Shown here one piece after another: positions 62,805 through 64,000 of a stretch of 64,000 bases of DNA. The notes below the pieces were generated by a model, which made no database searches, was not told the origin of the DNA, and saw nothing but the letters and a program-made list of their open reading frames with translations. How positions within the stretch are numbered: position 1 is the first letter of the stretch; each line of letters opens with the position of its first letter. The translations under genes were made by a program, and so were the position numbers. Source of the stretch: Lepidodermella squamata (Eukaryota > Animalia > Gastrotricha); the NCBI GenBank assembly GCA_047495785.1, contig JBLDXI010000017.1, forward strand, positions 2,728,001-2,792,000, given 5' to 3'.

Positions 62805-63497
62805 CGAAAGAACTGTCTTTTATTTTAAAGCTTTATGATAATGCTCAAATCTGTCCAAAATTTCTTTCTTTATATAGCCCACGCGTTTCTTGGTGGCGTT
62901 TGGCCTCTTTCCGTGCTCAAATTTGACCGAGTCGCAGACGAATGGATGTTCCCGAGGTTGTTTTGAGTACTACATCACGGCAAAACAAGATTCACCGGAC
63001 CGTTTCTGGCCTCAACTGGCAAACGTGGCGCTCTCCGAATTACACAAAAAAACGCGCCGTTGAATGGCGTTGTTAATGCAATTTTTTCGTAGTCCTATTC
63101 AAGACTCTCACTCTGATGCGGCAGTTGATGCATGTTGTCAAAATAACTTTTTATCCTGCTTCTGGCAATCTGTATTCAGGCCACTCGACACTACTTGAAC
63201 ATACGTGTATGTGAACTTGAAAACGCCGACAGAGAGGAAAAATTCACGCGGCAGAATAAAAAATGTTCTGGAAACGGGGCAAAATTTGCTTCGAAATCTG
63301 CTAATATTTGGATCATTTTCGCCCCCTATTACATGTAATAGAACATCAACTTGACTTGCATGCTAGCGCTATTATGGCGCGGGATGACGGCTTCTGGGTT
63401 ACTTCGGCCGCAGAAGGGGCGGTTAATTAAATTAAAATCTGTTAACAGAAATTCCATAGAGCTGATAGAGTGCTCACTCGCCATCAAAAACACGGAA

Positions 63498-64000
63498 CGC
63501 CATGGGGGCCATATGGCAGGGGATTAACTCATTGTCCTGGAGTAAGAAACTGAACTAATTACAAATCGATCGATCACATAAATCGCTGGCGCCAACGCTT
63601 CGATTATCGGTTGCAGCGTCGGGCTTTGGGTCATCTCCAGAGTAAGAGACGGCCGATTTAATTACACCAAATTTACCAAGGTAGCCTGATGAATAACTTG
63701 TATTCAAAAGGTCGTTCAATTTCACCTTAGTTTCAGGTGTGGATCGCCTCAAATGGTCAAGGATGAAAAGGGACACCGACTTTTACGTCGCCTTTCGACC
63801 CCTTCTAAGATAGCTACCTTGGTAAATTTGGTGTAATTAAATCGGCCGTCTCTTACTCTGGAGATGACCCAAAGCCCGACGCTGCAACCGATAATCGAAG
63901 CGTTGGCGCCAGCGATTTATGTGATCGATCGATTTGTAATTAGTTCAGTTTCTTACTCCAGGACAATGAGTTAATCCCCTGCCATATGGCCCCCATGGCG
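63498..64000. repeat. Long perfect inverted repeat (arms 63498-63685 and 63813-64000, 127-bp spacer), truncated by the window end
   Basis: The two 188-bp arms read as exact reverse complements. Confidence 0.95.

Overview
Eukaryotic (metazoan, probably spiralian invertebrate) genomic DNA from a very compact genome, with typical GT-AG introns of about 45-60 nt and short intergenic gaps. The main feature is a dispersed array of 15 LITAF/SIMPLE-domain (zf-LITAF-like) genes between about 9.3 and 45.1 kb. Interleaved with them are a tetraspanin, Cdc6, a divergent homeobox gene, a globin and two orphan membrane-protein genes. Inside the array is an intron-containing gene whose C-terminal half is the CCHC zinc knuckle plus restriction-like endonuclease (RLE) of a non-LTR retrotransposon. 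It has no reverse transcriptase and its N-terminus resembles a mitochondrial presequence, so it is a candidate domesticated nuclease. Flanking genes on the left: PLC-beta (5' part), SLC49A4/DIRC2, ACTMAP, GMF. On the right: a claudin-like gene, RBM19, a two-DBD nuclear receptor (P-boxes CEACKK/CEGCKG), a divergent Cys-loop channel subunit and an ABCB1 P-glycoprotein with an apparent frameshift. Non-autonomous DNA elements include a 173-bp TA-flanked MITE, a 29-bp micro-element with an 8-bp TSD, a 707-bp TIR element carrying a C2H2-finger fragment, and a >=188-bp perfect inverted repeat at the window end. All gene models were spliced by eye and family calls come from remembered motifs; no searches were run.
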